From IMG/VR virus record IMGVR_UViG_3300044684_000278, positions 1-64,000 of that record: a stretch of DNA of 64,000 bases. The stretch is one strand, 5' to 3'. This document shows positions 38,720 through 48,552 of this stretch, one piece after another. A program made the position numbers and the translations under genes. The notes under the pieces are model-generated. The model had not been told where the DNA came from. It saw only the letters and a program-made list of their open reading frames with translations, and did no database searches. The stretch comes from a virus. How positions within the stretch are numbered: position 1 is the first letter of the stretch; the number at the start of each line of letters is the position of its first letter.

Positions 38720-38999
38720 TTTCCATCCTTTCTATCTTCTCATCCAGGGCCTGGAACAAATCTTCTATGGATGGACCTACAAGCTCGTAGTAGCTACAGG
38801 TCCAGCTACCAGTTCTGCCTTTTGTTTTGAATAACCAGTTACCCTCGGCATTTTTACTAAGCTCAGATATAGTGACACCATTTATCAGCAGATTCTTTAC
38901 TTCAGGATTTTTAATGGTACTAAACCTTTCAAAATATGCATCAGGATTTCTCAGCCTGACTGTATCCCCTACTTTAAAAGGAGCTTCATTGTCTGTCAT
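38706..38999 (-). CDS. SH3-like protein with shared tail
   Basis: FKVGDTVRL...PSIEDLFQALDEKIERM. Confidence 0.7.
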   Translation of the reverse strand: MTDNEAPFKVGDTVRLRNPDAYFERFSTIKNPEVKNLLINGVTISELSKNAEGNWLFKTKGRTGSWTCSYYELVGPSIEDLFQALDEKIERMENGKL

Positions 39000-39300
39000 T
39001 TTCCATCCTCCTTATTTTATCGTCAAGAGCATTAAATAAATTTTCTATAGTAGGATCAGTAAGCTGATAAAACATGCAGCTAAATCCTCCATTAAATCCA
39101 TATTCAGCAGGATCAAACCTCCATCTTTCTGACCCTTTTGAATAGTAGATTTTTTTTATGGTAACTCCTTCGGTTAAGAGAGATACTTTACGTGCCTCTT
39201 TCTTGATATGAGGAAATTCATTAAAGTATTCATCCGGATTAATTAATCTGACTTTATCTCCTATGTTAAAAGGAGGCTCACCATTTGATTCTGGTTCCAT
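38986..39300 (-). CDS. SH3-like protein with shared tail
   Basis: FNIGDKVRL...PTIENLFNALDDKIRRM. Confidence 0.7.
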   Translation of the reverse strand: MEPESNGEPPFNIGDKVRLINPDEYFNEFPHIKKEARKVSLLTEGVTIKKIYYSKGSERWRFDPAEYGFNGGFSCMFYQLTDPTIENLFNALDDKIRRMENDRQ

Positions 39301-40033
39301 TGGCTTGCTGTAATAATTCGTTACACTTCATGAATACATCTTCACAATCCCATTCTGCCTGGTTGTTATACGCAGCAGAGGCCGGGTGGGATGCAAATAG
39401 TTTGTAATGCCTGTCCTCATCAATGAGATCAGCCAGTTCCTGTGCTTTCCTGCCCAGGAAGATGAATACCACACCTGAGTTGATCGTGTTCAGCATGTCC
39501 AGCAGGTAACTCATGAAAGGTCTCCATATGCCCTGATGCTTCCCAGGACTGCCCAGCTCAACGGAGAGTGCTGTGTTTAATAGTAAAACTCCCTGGTTAG
39601 CCCATCGGGTCAGATCAGGATCATTACTGGGAATCTCATTTTCTTCTGAAGGATGCTTGAACGGATCTCCCGCCCACAGGTAGGTGGTCTTGTAAATAGC
39701 TTTCAGTATATACTGCAGGCTGGGCTGGGCCTCACCTGTAAGGGAGCAGGAGAATGCCATTCCGTCGGCAGTTCCAAGTTGTGGGTAGGGATCCTGTCCG
39801 ACGATGACTACTTTAAGATCCTTGTAAGGGCAGTTCTCAAAAGCAGAGAACATATGCTTTAAGGGTGGACCAAAACGTCTTCCCTGGGCCCGTTCATCAT
39901 GCAGGAACTGCAGGATCTTCTCAAAGTCAGAAGCCATCACAAATCCCTTCAGTTTGTCCGCCCATCCACTGGGACGGAGTTTGTCTACAAGCTTCGTCTG
40001 AATTTCTTGTAGATCAATTGTTGGATTACTCAT
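39278..40033 (-). CDS. ung: Uracil-DNA glycosylase family 1
   Basis: GQDPY, A.GMAFS, WANQGVLLLNT, HP motifs. Confidence 0.93.
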   Translation of the reverse strand: MSNPTIDLQEIQTKLVDKLRPSGWADKLKGFVMASDFEKILQFLHDERAQGRRFGPPLKHMFSAFENCPYKDLKVVIVGQDPYPQLGTADGMAFSCSLTGEAQPSLQYILKAIYKTTYLWAGDPFKHPSEENEIPSNDPDLTRWANQGVLLLNTALSVELGSPGKHQGIWRPFMSYLLDMLNTINSGVVFIFLGRKAQELADLIDEDRHYKLFASHPASAAYNNQAEWDCEDVFMKCNELLQQANGTRIKW

Positions 40034-40082
40034 TTTATAGACTTATTGTTATATTTGGATTACACCATTAGATAGTTACCCT

Positions 40083-40352
40083 ATGTCTGAAATTCACTAC
40101 TTACCCAAGGATGCCGTTGTTCCTGTAGAAGTTGGAGCCGGTCTCCTGTTCCGGCTCCAAAAACTACTACTGTTCCTGGTTCATGATAAAACCAAGGAAG
40201 AGCTGGAAGAACTTAAGGAGCGTGTGGAGAAAAACGATATTCCAGAAGACAGCTGGATGTTCCACTACATCACTATTCATTCCTTCATTACCATCGTGGA
40301 ACACCAGGCGATGACCAAAAAGATCACAGTGACCAAAGACCCGGAAGCTTAA
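40083..40352 (+). CDS. Lone plus-strand hypothetical protein with its own promoter
   Basis: TATATTTG at about 40051; fills the gap between minus-strand genes exactly. Confidence 0.65.
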   Translation: MSEIHYLPKDAVVPVEVGAGLLFRLQKLLLFLVHDKTKEELEELKERVEKNDIPEDSWMFHYITIHSFITIVEHQAMTKKITVTKDPEA

Positions 40353-40744
40353 GCAACCGGGTGGTTCACCTGTTCTCCGATCTCCACGGCTGCTTTGATA
40401 GCCAGGGAGAGTTCCTCTCTGCTGCAATCACCAAAGGACTTGCACTCGAAGTACTCTTTCCCCTGGAGCTTGTAGGTAAAACACAGTCCGGCACGGTCCT
40501 TCACCAGTAGCTTTACTTCATGAAAAGTATAGCCTGTGTGATGGGCCAGCTCCCGGATCATGGCATGTAGCTTGGCCAGTTGCGCCAAAGTACCATCATC
40601 ATGATACTCCTCCGCCCACAGCTCAATGGTCGTGCCTTCCGGAAGGTTGTTTCGGAACTGGTCATACAGAGCAGCATCTGCTGTCTTTACATGAATCAGC
40701 TTCCCGTTCTCTTTTTTCAGTTTACCGTGATAATGCAGTTTCAT
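40349..40744 (-). CDS. NinB/YbcN-like protein
   Basis: TLAQLAKLHAMIRELA..TG and KS....S.EE patterns. Confidence 0.5.
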   Translation of the reverse strand: MKLHYHGKLKKENGKLIHVKTADAALYDQFRNNLPEGTTIELWAEEYHDDGTLAQLAKLHAMIRELAHHTGYTFHEVKLLVKDRAGLCFTYKLQGKEYFECKSFGDCSREELSLAIKAAVEIGEQVNHPVA

Positions 40745-41858
40745 ACTTTTCCAGGTCAAATTCTACGTACTTGATTTTGCTCTGATCCAGGTCTTCCAGG
40801 GCCCTGAATACCCACGTCTCATCCACCGTGCCTCTGAAACAGAGCAGGTGAATGGTGGCCATTTCATCCGGCCCAAGTCCCAGGCATCTTCCAAACCGTT
40901 GCATGAACTTCCTTTCATTTCCATATGAGTGAAGGACAATAGCTGCTTTCAGGTCGGGAACCGTGACACCTTCGGAGAGCTGCAGTACGCAACTCAGCCG
41001 GTCAATCATTCCTGCCTTGAAAAGACTCAGATTTTGCTCGCTCGTTGGATTCTTACTGTGATAACTATGCTGACAGAGTTTGTCTGCCTGCTCCTGGGTA
41101 TTGGCAAAGACAATGCACTTCTCCTCTATGTGCTGCATCAGCTTGCGGGCATACCGGATCTTGCTGGGGAGTTCCATCATGGCCTTCATCCGCATTACAG
41201 AGGATACCTGTTTTGCCTTGGCTCCCTCTGCTTCCATCACCCGCTTGCTCCAGTAGTTATAGATGCTTCTCTCTGAGTTGTAGAATACACCCCCGTCTTT
41301 CTTTTTGACAGGTACGTTCTTCACCTCACTCAGGGAGATCATGTGTACCAGGATACGGTAATCATTGAGGACATTATCCTCTACGGCATCATTGGTAATG
41401 TAAGAGTAAACGATAGGACAATAAGCGTCCACCATCTTGTATTTGGCTGAATTCCTGTATCTGGGCGGAGTCCCGGTCAGCCCCAGGATTTTTCCTTTGA
41501 AGCCACTCAGATAATCGTTGTGAGAAGGAAGCAGGCTATGGCACTCATCCAGGATGATGATGTCATAGTCCTGCTCCTGCTTGTCAAGAGATAAATAGGT
41601 ACTGAAAGTGATGTGATCGAGCAGGTGCGGATAGCCGAACTTTACAGCGTCTTCCTTCCAGCCCTGGAATACAGCAAGCTTGGGAGCTACCACAAGGGCT
41701 TTAAGTTTCCCAAGGTTATTGCCATACTCCGCGTTCAACCTGTCCAATCCAATCTTGGTCTTTCCGGTACGCATGGACAGAGCCAGCCCGCAGCGGTAAT
41801 GCTGCAGGGACTCCATCAATGCCTGTTCTTGTACTTCCTCTCTCTTTTCGTTAGACAT
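40722..41858 (-). CDS. Superfamily 2 helicase
   Basis: RTGKT, DECH, LTGT, LSEG, QRFGR. Confidence 0.9.
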   Translation of the reverse strand: MSNEKREEVQEQALMESLQHYRCGLALSMRTGKTKIGLDRLNAEYGNNLGKLKALVVAPKLAVFQGWKEDAVKFGYPHLLDHITFSTYLSLDKQEQDYDIIILDECHSLLPSHNDYLSGFKGKILGLTGTPPRYRNSAKYKMVDAYCPIVYSYITNDAVEDNVLNDYRILVHMISLSEVKNVPVKKKDGGVFYNSERSIYNYWSKRVMEAEGAKAKQVSSVMRMKAMMELPSKIRYARKLMQHIEEKCIVFANTQEQADKLCQHSYHSKNPTSEQNLSLFKAGMIDRLSCVLQLSEGVTVPDLKAAIVLHSYGNERKFMQRFGRCLGLGPDEMATIHLLCFRGTVDETWVFRALEDLDQSKIKYVEFDLEKYETALSR

Positions 41859-42117
41859 GTTCGTCTGATTTAGTCATGAATTCGTGGGCCCAGTCCTGGG
41901 TACACTTGCCACAGGGACATACCCATCCTGCCTCCGTTGCTATAAGCAACCCATCATTAGGACATAACTCTCTTGTTCTTTCCATTGCTGGCTGGAGTTT
42001 GTTAATGATCCTTGGTTTGCCAATGCAGGTGTAGGGATGAAATGCCCCTGAACGCTGGTACTTATTCAGAGCTTCCACTTGCTCCGCTGTGAAGGGAGCC
42101 TTGATCTTGTTTGACAT
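41851..42117 (-). CDS. Small Cys-rich protein
   Basis: FHPYTC...L.AT..GWVCPC..C.QDWA. Confidence 0.65.
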   Translation of the reverse strand: MSNKIKAPFTAEQVEALNKYQRSGAFHPYTCIGKPRIINKLQPAMERTRELCPNDGLLIATEAGWVCPCGKCTQDWAHEFMTKSDEHV

Positions 42118-42472
42118 ATATTTCCTGGTCTGTTATAACCAGTGGGATGATCTGGTGCGTTTCTATGTTCACCAGACGGAGTTCTCTTCCTTTGAATCTC
42201 CAGTGATTTTTAATAGTTTCTTTCTTTCCTGGGAGTATTGCACTGCGGCCCTGTTTGTTCAGTTCCCGCACACCCTGTTCCACAGTTGTGAACTTCTCCC
42301 AGTGGTCCCGGTACCATACGCCCGTTTCCTTCCCTTCATGGAACCACTTGGCCTCGTCAATGACAGCCTTGTCTGTGAACATATGCTCCAGTCTCCAGGG
42401 CTTGTCTGTCTTTTTATGGTTACCTGTTTTGGGTCTCTCCGGATCCTTCGTTGTATTCTTGTGCGGTTTCAT
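42062..42472 (-). CDS. Hypothetical protein
   Basis: ORF in operon. Confidence 0.6.
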   Translation of the reverse strand: MKPHKNTTKDPERPKTGNHKKTDKPWRLEHMFTDKAVIDEAKWFHEGKETGVWYRDHWEKFTTVEQGVRELNKQGRSAILPGKKETIKNHWRFKGRELRLVNIETHQIIPLVITDQEIYVKQDQGSLHSGASGSSE

Positions 42473-42804
42473 ATGATTTCAAAGACTTTTACCCCTGCCT
42501 TGCCAAGAGCTTCCTGACAGGCATCACAGAAGAAACTGTGTCCATGAATTACTGCCCTGTAAGGAGTGGCTCCCTGGGGCAGACTGTTCAAAGCATTTAT
42601 CTCAGCATGAGTCCAGTTACAGCTTGATTCCTTATCGTAGTTCTCTTTGCTCTGGCTTAAGCCCAGACGGTGACAGATACCACCTTCCGGACTGCACCGG
42701 TTGCTTTCCCTGGCAAGCAGGACATTATCTGCTCCGTATAGTTCACAGACTACAACCCGCTTCTGGCAGGTTGATTCTTTAATGGCTTCAGCTGTTGTTT
42801 TCAT
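42469..42804 (-). CDS. dCMP deaminase-like zinc deaminase
   Basis: STC.KR.V, HAE.NAL, C..C. Confidence 0.8.
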   Translation of the reverse strand: MKTTAEAIKESTCQKRVVVCELYGADNVLLARESNRCSPEGGICHRLGLSQSKENYDKESSCNWTHAEINALNSLPQGATPYRAVIHGHSFFCDACQEALGKAGVKVFEII

Positions 42805-43372
42805 CTTTCTGTAATTTTTCCCTGGCAATTGTTTCTTTCTGATCACGGATGGCCAAGGCCTCTTCCAAAGTGATGGGGGTATAATTAATCATCATGGCAT
42901 CCACATTCACATACTTGTATTGGGATGGCAGGACGATAGCTCCCGGATCGTTATAGGGATAGGAGACATGTGCTTCTGCCAGTACATTCTCGTGAATGTG
43001 TGCATGGATATTGGCCCGGTAAAAGCCAATCTCAGAAGGGTGGATAGGAGCATGTGTTAAGACACAGCCCTTGTAGTCCACCATACCGGTAACACCATCC
43101 ACATACTTCAGAAGCTCAGGTACGTCCTGATACCTGTCATGGTTACCCAGGACAACGATCTTGCGTCCATTCAGACGATCCAGCTGGTAGTAATGATCTT
43201 TGGTCTCCATGGTCACGTCTCCCAGGATATAGGTAGTGTCTTTTTTATTCACCACACGATTCCAGGAGTCAATGATCTTTTCATCATGGTAGAACTCTTC
43301 ACCGAATCCACGGTGAAGAGCCATCCATTTGTGGCCCAGATGGAGACATCCGATAAAGCGGACTACACTCAT
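42788..43372 (-). CDS. Calcineurin-like metallophosphoesterase
   Basis: xLHLGH, LGDV, GNHD, HAHIH. Confidence 0.85.
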   Translation of the reverse strand: MSVVRFIGCLHLGHKWMALHRGFGEEFYHDEKIIDSWNRVVNKKDTTYILGDVTMETKDHYYQLDRLNGRKIVVLGNHDRYQDVPELLKYVDGVTGMVDYKGCVLTHAPIHPSEIGFYRANIHAHIHENVLAEAHVSYPYNDPGAIVLPSQYKYVNVDAMMINYTPITLEEALAIRDQKETIAREKLQKDENNS

Positions 43373-43373
43373 G

Positions 43374-43754
43374 TTATACCTCCTGGTCTTTTTTGATACG
43401 TTCCTGTAATTCCTCAAGAGCTTCTCCTGCGGAAGGGATCTTACCGGCTATATAGTCGGGAGTTCCGATCACAAGGCCCTCTATTTCGGTTGCATCCTGA
43501 TCCACTACAAGGCCCCAGCCTAAAGTGAGAATGGAATGAATAAGCGTTTTATATGGGTCCGCTACAGTAAGCGCGTCTCCTGAGTCTGCAGCCTGGAGGC
43601 TCAGTTCCTTATCTGCCTGATACATGTTCAGGATAAGACAGGCTACTTCCTCACCGGATTTGCCTGTTTGTTTCATTAAGAATTCTACAAACTCTTTTGT
43701 ACTGATACCGGGTAATCCCTGGGATTCCACTTGTTCTTTGTTGATCTCTGACAT
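43374..43754 (-). CDS. Hypothetical protein
   Basis: ORF in operon. Confidence 0.6.
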   Translation of the reverse strand: MSEINKEQVESQGLPGISTKEFVEFLMKQTGKSGEEVACLILNMYQADKELSLQAADSGDALTVADPYKTLIHSILTLGWGLVVDQDATEIEGLVIGTPDYIAGKIPSAGEALEELQERIKKDQEV

Positions 43755-43758
43755 ATTC

Positions 43759-43977
43759 TTAGGGTACTTGATTTTCTTCCAGCTCCCTGCGGAGCTCTTT
43801 TTGCTGTTGCTTCTTTAAGCCATTTACCTTGGCATGATTAGGACTGCACATATAACAGCTACATGGCTTGGTCTGGTGTTTATAGCACCAGAATCCACAG
43901 GCTGGATCCAGTCCTAATCTTTTCAATCTCTTCAGATGTTTGAGTTTGGTAAGCTCTCTTCTACGGCCCTTATTCAT
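43759..43977 (-). CDS. Small basic Cys-rich protein
   Basis: KPCSCYMC. Confidence 0.6.
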   Translation of the reverse strand: MNKGRRRELTKLKHLKRLKRLGLDPACGFWCYKHQTKPCSCYMCSPNHAKVNGLKKQQQKELRRELEENQVP

Positions 43978-44233
43978 TGCTTTGCTGCCTGATTATGCTG
44001 TTGATATTGTCTTCTATAATAAATGATAACACACTGTTTAGGGTGGTATAAAACCTACAGCTACCAAACTTTAGCTTAATCTGTGAGTATTGGAACCCTG
44101 GGATCTTAGTAAGATCCTTGAATATATTATCCAGGAATAAGGTGACTTTCTCATTGTCAAATTCCAGCCCTTGGTCTTCAAAGCCAGGCTCAATAAAGCC
44201 TTTATACTTTTCATTAAACTGTGCTGCTGTCAT
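43970..44233 (-). CDS. Hypothetical protein (QIK.KFG.RFY family)
   Basis: QIKLKFGSCRFY motif. Confidence 0.6.
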   Translation of the reverse strand: MTAAQFNEKYKGFIEPGFEDQGLEFDNEKVTLFLDNIFKDLTKIPGFQYSQIKLKFGSCRFYTTLNSVLSFIIEDNINSIIRQQSNE

Positions 44234-44238
44234 AACTT

Positions 44239-44997
44239 TTATCCTCTTCCTTTCTGGTCTGGGTAGAGATCTTTTACAAAGTCACTCTGGAAAATTTCTT
44301 TGGTTTTTATGTCCATCATGGTCAGCTTTCCATTCCATCCGGCACCTGTATCCAGATTGGTTACTCCACCTTTAGTAAGTGGTTTGCAATCCTGGTTCTT
44401 GTGATTGTACACTTGTGTGTGTCCAATGTAAATATGCTCCCAGCCATCCACCGATTTTAACTGCTGGCCTTCTGCACAGCTCTGTGCCTGCTTCCATAGT
44501 TCACGGTCCCAGAACAGTTCCCAGGGCTCGTTGGTAAGCTGATCATCCAGGGTTTTCTCCCGGTCAATACCAGCATGTACAAATAATACCTTACCTGTTT
44601 CAAAGTAGGGAACCTGGTCTTTTAAAAAGAAGTTCCTGTGTGTATCAGGAATATCACTTGGATGAAGGGATGCTGTAACACCCACTGCAGTACGCTGGTA
44701 ATTTTTGCCCAGGTTTCTGCAGTAAGATTCCAGAGTACCTAATCCACCCTGCTGCCAGGAAGGATGCTGACCTGTTTGCAGGAACTCAGCCCACCACTGG
44801 TCATGGTTGCCCATAATGGGAATTAGTTTCTTAATGGTTAATAATTCTTCCACGCACTCATATACCTCATTCCACCCATCTGCTACATCTCCCAGTTGAA
44901 TGAGTACGTCTTCTTCTTTATTAAACCCGGATCTTTCCAGGCATTGGACTAATGCTTTGTGGGCTCCATGGATGTCACCCATCACAAATACTTTCAT
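44239..44997 (-). CDS. Ser/Thr protein phosphatase-like metallophosphoesterase (NinI-like)
   Basis: GDIHG, GDVAD, GNHD, HAG, GHT, LDTG. Confidence 0.9.
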   Translation of the reverse strand: MKVFVMGDIHGAHKALVQCLERSGFNKEEDVLIQLGDVADGWNEVYECVEELLTIKKLIPIMGNHDQWWAEFLQTGQHPSWQQGGLGTLESYCRNLGKNYQRTAVGVTASLHPSDIPDTHRNFFLKDQVPYFETGKVLFVHAGIDREKTLDDQLTNEPWELFWDRELWKQAQSCAEGQQLKSVDGWEHIYIGHTQVYNHKNQDCKPLTKGGVTNLDTGAGWNGKLTMMDIKTKEIFQSDFVKDLYPDQKGRG

Positions 44998-45015
44998 AGC
45001 AGTACGGATTATTTC

Positions 45016-45429
45016 TTAGTGTATAAAGTAGCGGAACCTATATTCCATTTTGCCAAATCCCATGTTGCCTTCCAGAGCATTTACATACATGTAAAACCGA
45101 ATTTTATAGGCATTCTTTTCCAGCATGGCCTTCATGATAGGTCTGGCCACCCGGAAGATTTCAAAAGCCCCGTTCATATAGCTTTCTCCATTAAGAGTAA
45201 CTACTATTTCATCCTGGTAGGGAAGAGAGTAACGGTCAGTCTTTACAGATGCATGGATGTCTACTTTGCCAAAGGTTTTGATCAGGCTTTTTTCAATCTT
45301 CTGCTCAAAATCCTTGATAGCATCCAGATAATCTGTCTCTACTTTTACCAGCTTTCCATTTTTGTTTTCAAACTTCTCAGTAAGAAAATCAGCTACCATT
45401 GATTTAGGCTTGGTCCTTGTTTCTGTCAT
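45016..45429 (-). CDS. Hypothetical protein
   Basis: ORF in operon. Confidence 0.6.
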   Translation of the reverse strand: MTETRTKPKSMVADFLTEKFENKNGKLVKVETDYLDAIKDFEQKIEKSLIKTFGKVDIHASVKTDRYSLPYQDEIVVTLNGESYMNGAFEIFRVARPIMKAMLEKNAYKIRFYMYVNALEGNMGFGKMEYRFRYFIH

Positions 45430-45775
45430 TGTGCTTTTTGATTGTGTTCATGATATTACTTGCCAGGAATACGGATGAACGTTTGCTGTCCTCCCAGTCC
45501 TTGATAGTCTTTTTAATATCAGTATAGAGGGCTTCCTCTTTTTTCTGGAGATCTATTTGAATAGGATCTGTTTTTCTTACAACAGCTTTATCAACTGTTA
45601 TATTCAGTCTTCCGGATTCCCAGTCAAAACCTGGATGGATCCCGGTTACATTGACATAAGATCTGCCTCCTATACTGGGATCACTGGTGACCACTACTAC
45701 ATCCAGATCATCCTGATCAAACGGGCTGTTTGCTGAGTAGTGATCAATGAATTTTTTTAGTTCACTTAGTTTCAT
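45404..45775 (-). CDS. Hypothetical protein
   Basis: ORF in operon. Confidence 0.6.
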   Translation of the reverse strand: MKLSELKKFIDHYSANSPFDQDDLDVVVVTSDPSIGGRSYVNVTGIHPGFDWESGRLNITVDKAVVRKTDPIQIDLQKKEEALYTDIKKTIKDWEDSKRSSVFLASNIMNTIKKHNDRNKDQA

Positions 45776-46020
45776 TTCATGATTTCATAAATCAGCTGGT
45801 CTTTGTCATACTGTTCTACCCGTACCATTAACACTGGTGCGGAGAACGTAATCTGTACTTGACCCTCTGTGGTTTCAATAATCAGTGTGTTTTTCTTAAA
45901 GGTGTTGCTCAGGAAGGTCCACTTGTTTTTAAAGTTGATAATGAATTCATCCTTTAAATTCTCCCAGTGGTTGCCTTCCATAAAGAGCAGCTCTTCACCC
46001 TTTTTAACTGTTGCTTTCAT
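45772..46020 (-). CDS. Hypothetical protein
   Basis: ORF in operon. Confidence 0.55.
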   Translation of the reverse strand: MKATVKKGEELLFMEGNHWENLKDEFIINFKNKWTFLSNTFKKNTLIIETTEGQVQITFSAPVLMVRVEQYDKDQLIYEIMK

Positions 46021-46234
46021 CTTCTAACTGATCCAGCATTCCTACGTAATAGTCTCCCCAGTGTAACTTGTAAGGGATTTCATGCTCGGACAGGATCTCG
46101 TCTATATCCACATGACACAGGCAGTGATCCATGTCTTCGTCCAGCACCCCCGGATTTATCTTAAAGTGTTCCTCAAACTCCCTTGGAGTCTGGATCTCTT
46201 TTTCTCCTTTGTTGATTACAATTACTACACACAT
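46004..46234 (-). CDS. Hypothetical protein
   Basis: ORF in operon. Confidence 0.55.
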   Translation of the reverse strand: MCVVIVINKGEKEIQTPREFEEHFKINPGVLDEDMDHCLCHVDIDEILSEHEIPYKLHWGDYYVGMLDQLEDESNS

Positions 46235-46240
46235 GGCTGA

Positions 46241-46537
46241 TTATTTAGCTAAGAAGCTTCTTACGGTTTTTAGTTGCATTGGTTCCTCTGAGGGTACATA
46301 GTTCACCCAGCTTTCGTAACGTCCGTTACAGCCAGGAGAAGGATGACTCTGTGTCTTTTTACACCACTGACATTCCCTTACCGGGAAGATGTGGTGTGTG
46401 ATAGAGGGTAACCCGTCTATCTGTACTCTCCGGTTTACCCGGTAGTATTTCCACCAGTGCGGACAGATGCTTTTTAAAAGCAGGACCACGATGTTAAGCA
46501 TGGCCCTGCTGATGTTTTTAATTGTCTTCATTATCAA
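46241..46537 (-). CDS. Small zinc-binding protein
   Basis: C.H.W...REC..C.K. Confidence 0.55.
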   Translation of the reverse strand: MIMKTIKNISRAMLNIVVLLLKSICPHWWKYYRVNRRVQIDGLPSITHHIFPVRECQWCKKTQSHPSPGCNGRYESWVNYVPSEEPMQLKTVRSFLAK

Positions 46538-46937
46538 GTCTTGAAAGTGATAGACCCATCTGTTTGGCTTCTTCAGGGTGTGTTTCCACCCACTGATGAT
46601 GCGGCCAGCAGAGGGCTTTGAAATAACGTTTGTCAGTAAGGAAGGAGCCTATCCTCCCTTTGGCGTGATGGAGCGTAACTTCTGTGCTTGTACACCCTGG
46701 AAACTCACAGGTCTTTCCCTCCAGGAACTTGTCCCGTTTGCGTCTGTATATCTTTAGCTTTTCTTCCTGTCTTTGGCTGACGGGTCGGATCCTGACCTTT
46801 CTTACCACCGGGACTTTTTTCAGGTTCTCCGGCTTTATCCTGTTCCAGCAAAGAAGGCAATACTTCTGTCCCTGGTAGTTCTTCCAGATGAGCTTCTTTT
46901 CCAGGCAGTGGTCACAGATCTTTTCCTTGGCTCTCAT
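46518..46937 (-). CDS. HNH/NinG-like zinc-binding nuclease
   Basis: CEFPGC...LHH.KGR...ALC..HH plus an N-terminal CxxC pair. Confidence 0.65.
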   Translation of the reverse strand: MRAKEKICDHCLEKKLIWKNYQGQKYCLLCWNRIKPENLKKVPVVRKVRIRPVSQRQEEKLKIYRRKRDKFLEGKTCEFPGCTSTEVTLHHAKGRIGSFLTDKRYFKALCWPHHQWVETHPEEAKQMGLSLSRLDNEDN

Positions 46938-47473
46938 TACACTAGTTCATAGTAGTTAGCTGGAAGGACTCCTACCTCAATGAGTCTGGCCACGATCTGC
47001 TCCTTGCGGATACCCAGCTGACGGAAGGTCACTGTGCACTTATCCCAGGGATTGATAGCCTTGGGATAATGAGCCAGGGCTTTGGCAAACTCAGATCTGT
47101 GGAAGATGGTAGTAAGGAAGGATCCTATTTTTTCATGTACCAGCTGTTGCTTCCATAGGTTCAATTGATGTTGTGCCTGTTCAAACAGTTCCAGGATGGC
47201 CATCTTTTTTACATAGCTCATCTTGCGGATCTCCTCTTCAGAATAGTTCTTCAGACCATACATAGCATGGTTATAGAGCAGTTTCTGAATAGGAGTTTCA
47301 TCATGGACAACAGTCTGGTAACGAGTTTCTTTGTATTGTGTCCCACTGACCTGTAGTTCTTTCAGTGGACTGTTTTCATCATAGCTGATGCTACGAGATT
47401 TCTGGGTATCCGTGTAATAAACCTGGATCCCTAAGCTGCCTGCCATGACAGCTTTATTTGGATTGTGTTTCAT
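46937..47473 (-). CDS. Hypothetical protein
   Basis: 178-aa ORF. Confidence 0.7.
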   Translation of the reverse strand: MKHNPNKAVMAGSLGIQVYYTDTQKSRSISYDENSPLKELQVSGTQYKETRYQTVVHDETPIQKLLYNHAMYGLKNYSEEEIRKMSYVKKMAILELFEQAQHQLNLWKQQLVHEKIGSFLTTIFHRSEFAKALAHYPKAINPWDKCTVTFRQLGIRKEQIVARLIEVGVLPANYYELV

Positions 47474-47591
47474 AAAGTATCCAATTTGGAGAGGTGAAAT
47501 TAGAGATTATCTACAAAATAAACAAATGTTGGAGAGAAAAAAGGGGACCGGAATACCTCCAGCCCCCTTCCAAGTAAACCAAAACACATGA

Positions 47592-48092
47592 TTACAACAC
47601 AGCTTCTCTCTGCTGTGAGGTTGTGGCCATGGTCTTCAACGCATCCATTGCGGAGAGATTGGCCAGCTCTTTCTGGGCAGCCACAGCTTCCCGTATTTCC
47701 TCAGTGTTGGTATGCGGGATGAATTCATCCACTGCATTGGGATCCTGGGTAAAGAATGTTTCCCTGAAAATAGGCTGATCTCCATAGAGACACTGCACCC
47801 CTGTCTTCCCGGCCATTTTGTAATGACGTTCCGGTTTGGTAGGATCAAATGGTTCCAGAGATTCTTTTACAATAATCCGTCCTGGGATTTCATCACCGGC
47901 ATTAAATCCTGCCTGTTTGAGTTCATCCACTTTACCCTTGATCAGGGCGGATCGTTTAGCTAACTTGAACCAGCCTCCTTCTGTGATCTGGTTCACGACC
48001 TGTTCTACACGGATGTAGCCATACTCCGGGTTGTTCTGTGATAAGCCGATAACGGCTCCCGTTTGATCTGCTGTTACTGTTACTGTGTACAT
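47592..48092 (-). CDS. Hypothetical protein (possible OB-fold)
   Basis: 166-aa ORF bounded by terminator-like hairpins. Confidence 0.7.
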   Translation of the reverse strand: MYTVTVTADQTGAVIGLSQNNPEYGYIRVEQVVNQITEGGWFKLAKRSALIKGKVDELKQAGFNAGDEIPGRIIVKESLEPFDPTKPERHYKMAGKTGVQCLYGDQPIFRETFFTQDPNAVDEFIPHTNTEEIREAVAAQKELANLSAMDALKTMATTSQQREAVL

Positions 48093-48126
48093 AGATCTGA
48101 TTTTTGATTTGATAAATGATTGGAAA

Positions 48127-48159
48127 TAAAAAAGCCCGGACTGTCACAGCCCAGGCTTC
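48127..48159 (-). terminator. Intrinsic terminator
   Basis: AAGCCCGG...CCAGGCTT stem with poly-T on the minus strand. Confidence 0.6.
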
Positions 48160-48186
48160 AACTATATGATTTGAAAGGTAATATGC

Positions 48187-48453
48187 TTAATCTTCGGAGA
48201 TCTCTATATCCAGATCCGGGTCGGAGAGCTTCTCTTCATCCGGGATCAGGGTGAGATCCTCAATAACCGGTTCTTCCGGCAGGTAGTAGTCTTCCACTGG
48301 TGGCATCTTGTTCAGCACAGACCCAAACCATGGGTCTTCCACTGCATCACCAGTATAATAAGCATTCAGATAGTCCAGGTCTTCATCGGACATATCCAGG
48401 TATTGTTCAAGAGAGATTTCTATAGTTCTTCCAGAGGGTAGCTGATAGATCAT
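48187..48453 (-). CDS. Small acidic protein
   Basis: D/E-rich 88-aa ORF. Confidence 0.7.
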   Translation of the reverse strand: MIYQLPSGRTIEISLEQYLDMSDEDLDYLNAYYTGDAVEDPWFGSVLNKMPPVEDYYLPEEPVIEDLTLIPDEEKLSDPDLDIEISED

Positions 48454-48552
48454 GGTTCATATGTTTTAGAGTTACCTAAATGTAACTTCTACAACATGAT
48501 CCGTCAATACCTCTTACTCTCTAATATGGATAATAGAGCTATAAGTGTATAA

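Noticed and set aside
18034-42804. DNA hypermodification pathway (kinase, MazG, deaminase)
   Set aside because: No thymidylate synthase-like, PurZ, queuosine-pathway or transferase gene is visible, and a uracil-DNA glycosylase argues against uracil-containing DNA.
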